The notes under the pieces were generated by a model that ran no database searches, was not told the origin of the DNA, and worked only from the letters and a program-made list of their open reading frames with translations. Below, piece by piece: positions 61,886 to 64,000 of a stretch of 64,000 nt of DNA; position 1 is the first letter of the stretch; every line of letters starts with the position of its first letter. The DNA is taken from NCBI GenBank assembly GCA_002633005.1, contig NMRA01000705.1, positions 1 to 64,000 on the forward strand, in the 5' to 3' direction. Made by a program: the position numbers and the translations under genes. Origin of the DNA: Phoronis australis (Eukaryota > Animalia > Phoronida).

Positions 61886-64000
61886 ACTCAATGTCTTGCC
61901 ACTTGCCTAAAGCGTACAGTAGGCCATATTTGGATGTTAGCACTCCTTATAATGAGCTTTCAATTTTTGCTCCTAAAAAGTTTGATTAGCTGACGAGGGT
62001 TGCAGAACATCATTTTGTTTTAAAGACCAGTGTACTGTTTTGTGGAAAGTGAGACAGGAATTAGGTCTTACGCTCCATGCATTTCACAATTGCTGAAAGA
62101 CGTTTAGCCAAATAAATTGTGAGCGTATCAGTCTAGAAATGATTGCTAGAAATTACCTCGGTAACTAGCATTTATTTGCATATTTTCAGTGGTTTTGCAT
62201 TTTTGCTCAAGTGTGATTTAATTGGTTTTCAGAAATAGTCATGTGGAGCGCAAGCCAAATTTCTGACTTGAGTATTAATTAAGTCATTTTTTCACGAAAC
62301 AGCCCTCTCTATGGGAAAGTCGTTGTTTTATCAATATCAGGCCAAAACCGGGTTTGGCATCCTTTTAACTTAAATAGTTCATTCATCAGCTTCACTAGAT
62401 ATAGCTCAGCAAGTTTTTATGTACATGCTCAAATTGTTAAACCTGCCTTGCGAAATGGGGCGCTCTACCAATTTTTAATTTGCTGCTGAAAATGTTTTTT
62501 CATCAGAAACTGCAGTTGTTTTTGGGTTGCTACAGGTTTGCATATGGTTTGCATGATGTCAGAAAATATTTCTTTTTCATGATCGTAGGTCTTTTAATTG
62601 TTGTAAAAAACATCATCAAACCAGGTCAGCTGATATCCTGATATCAATACTTCAAATGTTACTACCTGAACTGAAATATTTTGACTGATATTACTTGTGT
62701 ACCGGGGATAGCCATAAGAACCCCCCCATAGGGGCTTTTCAGATACAAGAATCGACAATGCTCTGATGGGGCTCTTTTTGGGATCGTTTTGCATTTCTAG
62801 CACGAGGAAAAGGGTGGAAAATGTGGCAAAATGTCATTTCTTTCTCAATTTGGTCCTTATCAAGACCATTTAAATAGTTCAAGAAGGTGTCACAGGCCTA
62901 ATCTTGCAGCTACGGAAACCTGGATGGTATTTTAAGTTAAATACATTCATCACATAGATAAAAGAAGTAAATCACTTCTTCCGATACCAACAATCTCTGT
63001 AGCAATCGCTTACTCCCATATACACCACTTCTAAAACTCAATGCCGAACGAAGACACTGTAGTAAACAATACAAAGTTTCTGAAAAAGAGCACACCGTTT
63101 TTGTTCCCAAATTTGCTTCCTGGAGACTTTTAAGAACGCAAAATTACTTTGGCGTAATGAACATGTCTGAAAAAATTCATGAGCTCTTTTGGAAATGTGA
63201 CGTTGTCGTGTGGTCGCGTCATGTCCTCTGTTATTCGGTTTTGTTTCCCGAAACCATAATTATCTTGAAAGTGTTTGAAAATATATGTAGATTCTTGGCG
63301 AAAACATTTGATGTGTGGAGCAGCGATTGGTGGTCTTGACTAGCTAGGACTTCTTATGGCGCAGCATTGAATCAACGAGAGTGTGATAACCATCACCTGG
63401 AATAGACAAATTGTTAAACCATCACCAAAGGTGGCACGTCCAGAGACATTTGTACCCCCCTGATGTAGATGCTACTATTTTAAGTTAAAACCCTTTGCTG
63501 CAGTTACTGAATCACACTGGCTGGTCTTCCTGTTCGTAACTTATGCAGACCATAACGAAAATGCCACCACGAGCTAGACGTCTCACTATATCGCACTTTT
63601 GGGTACCAAAGTTTAGTACTTTCGACATCTTGCAAGTTTGCAATGGGTGAGGCTATGCAGCATACACGTTGACGCCGACTTTGGCCACAGTCTCTGTTGT
63701 TGTCCTGGTAATAAATCTATTTCTGACAAATAACTAATAGTCTTAGAGAATGAGGCTTTCCCATTTACAGTCCTTGTGCAAATTCACCAATAGACAATTA
63801 GTATGGTCTGTGTTTTTCAGGCTTACCTGTGTGAAGCAGGTGCCGAGAGCGAACCCGGTAACAATGGGTAGATTATCGTAGTACAGATCAAAAATCTTAT
63901 ATTTGCAAGGCTGAAACAAAAATAACACACGCATATCGTCAAATTGAAAATAGGGTTAAGTTGTGTTTCATTAAGATCGTTAAATTGATGTTTGCAGCAT

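Overview
This is eukaryotic, intron-rich, AT-rich animal DNA. Gene content and repeat types suggest a marine invertebrate, possibly a deuterostome (inference only). There are no prokaryotic features, rRNAs, true tRNAs or CRISPR arrays. Genes: (1) On the minus strand at 0.5-14 kb, two MEMO1 exons lie between exons of an apparently different gene (type-II TM first exon, 34-nt exon, LDLa exon, 27-nt micro-exon); an 849-N gap interrupts this region. (2) An intronless LRR-LRRCT-Ig-TM receptor without TIR (18856-21597, minus). (3) A complete 9-coding-exon GTPBP6/HflX-type GTPase (30075-43513, plus, ~556 aa) with one GC-AG intron. (4) A 3-exon SE-cephalotoxin-like secreted protein (48079-58291, plus; EGF-Sushi-TSP1-LDLa plus a triple-repeat C-terminal domain) with one in-frame TGA at the conserved LDLa Trp. 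The rest is dense with mobile DNA: a Helentron/DINE-like element, a Penelope remnant split by a TIR transposon that itself carries a SINE, a solo LTR, MITEs, and hAT and THAP remnants. The most unusual signals are the MEMO1/LDLa exon interleaving, minisatellites seeded from splice donors, transposon-borne arrays of CTCF-like motifs at both ends, a hammerhead-like core 3' of the LRR gene, and the stop-interrupted toxin-like gene. None is proven to be a new system. Several duplications separated by a single 'n' look like assembly artefacts. All calls come from reading and translating by eye; no searches were run.
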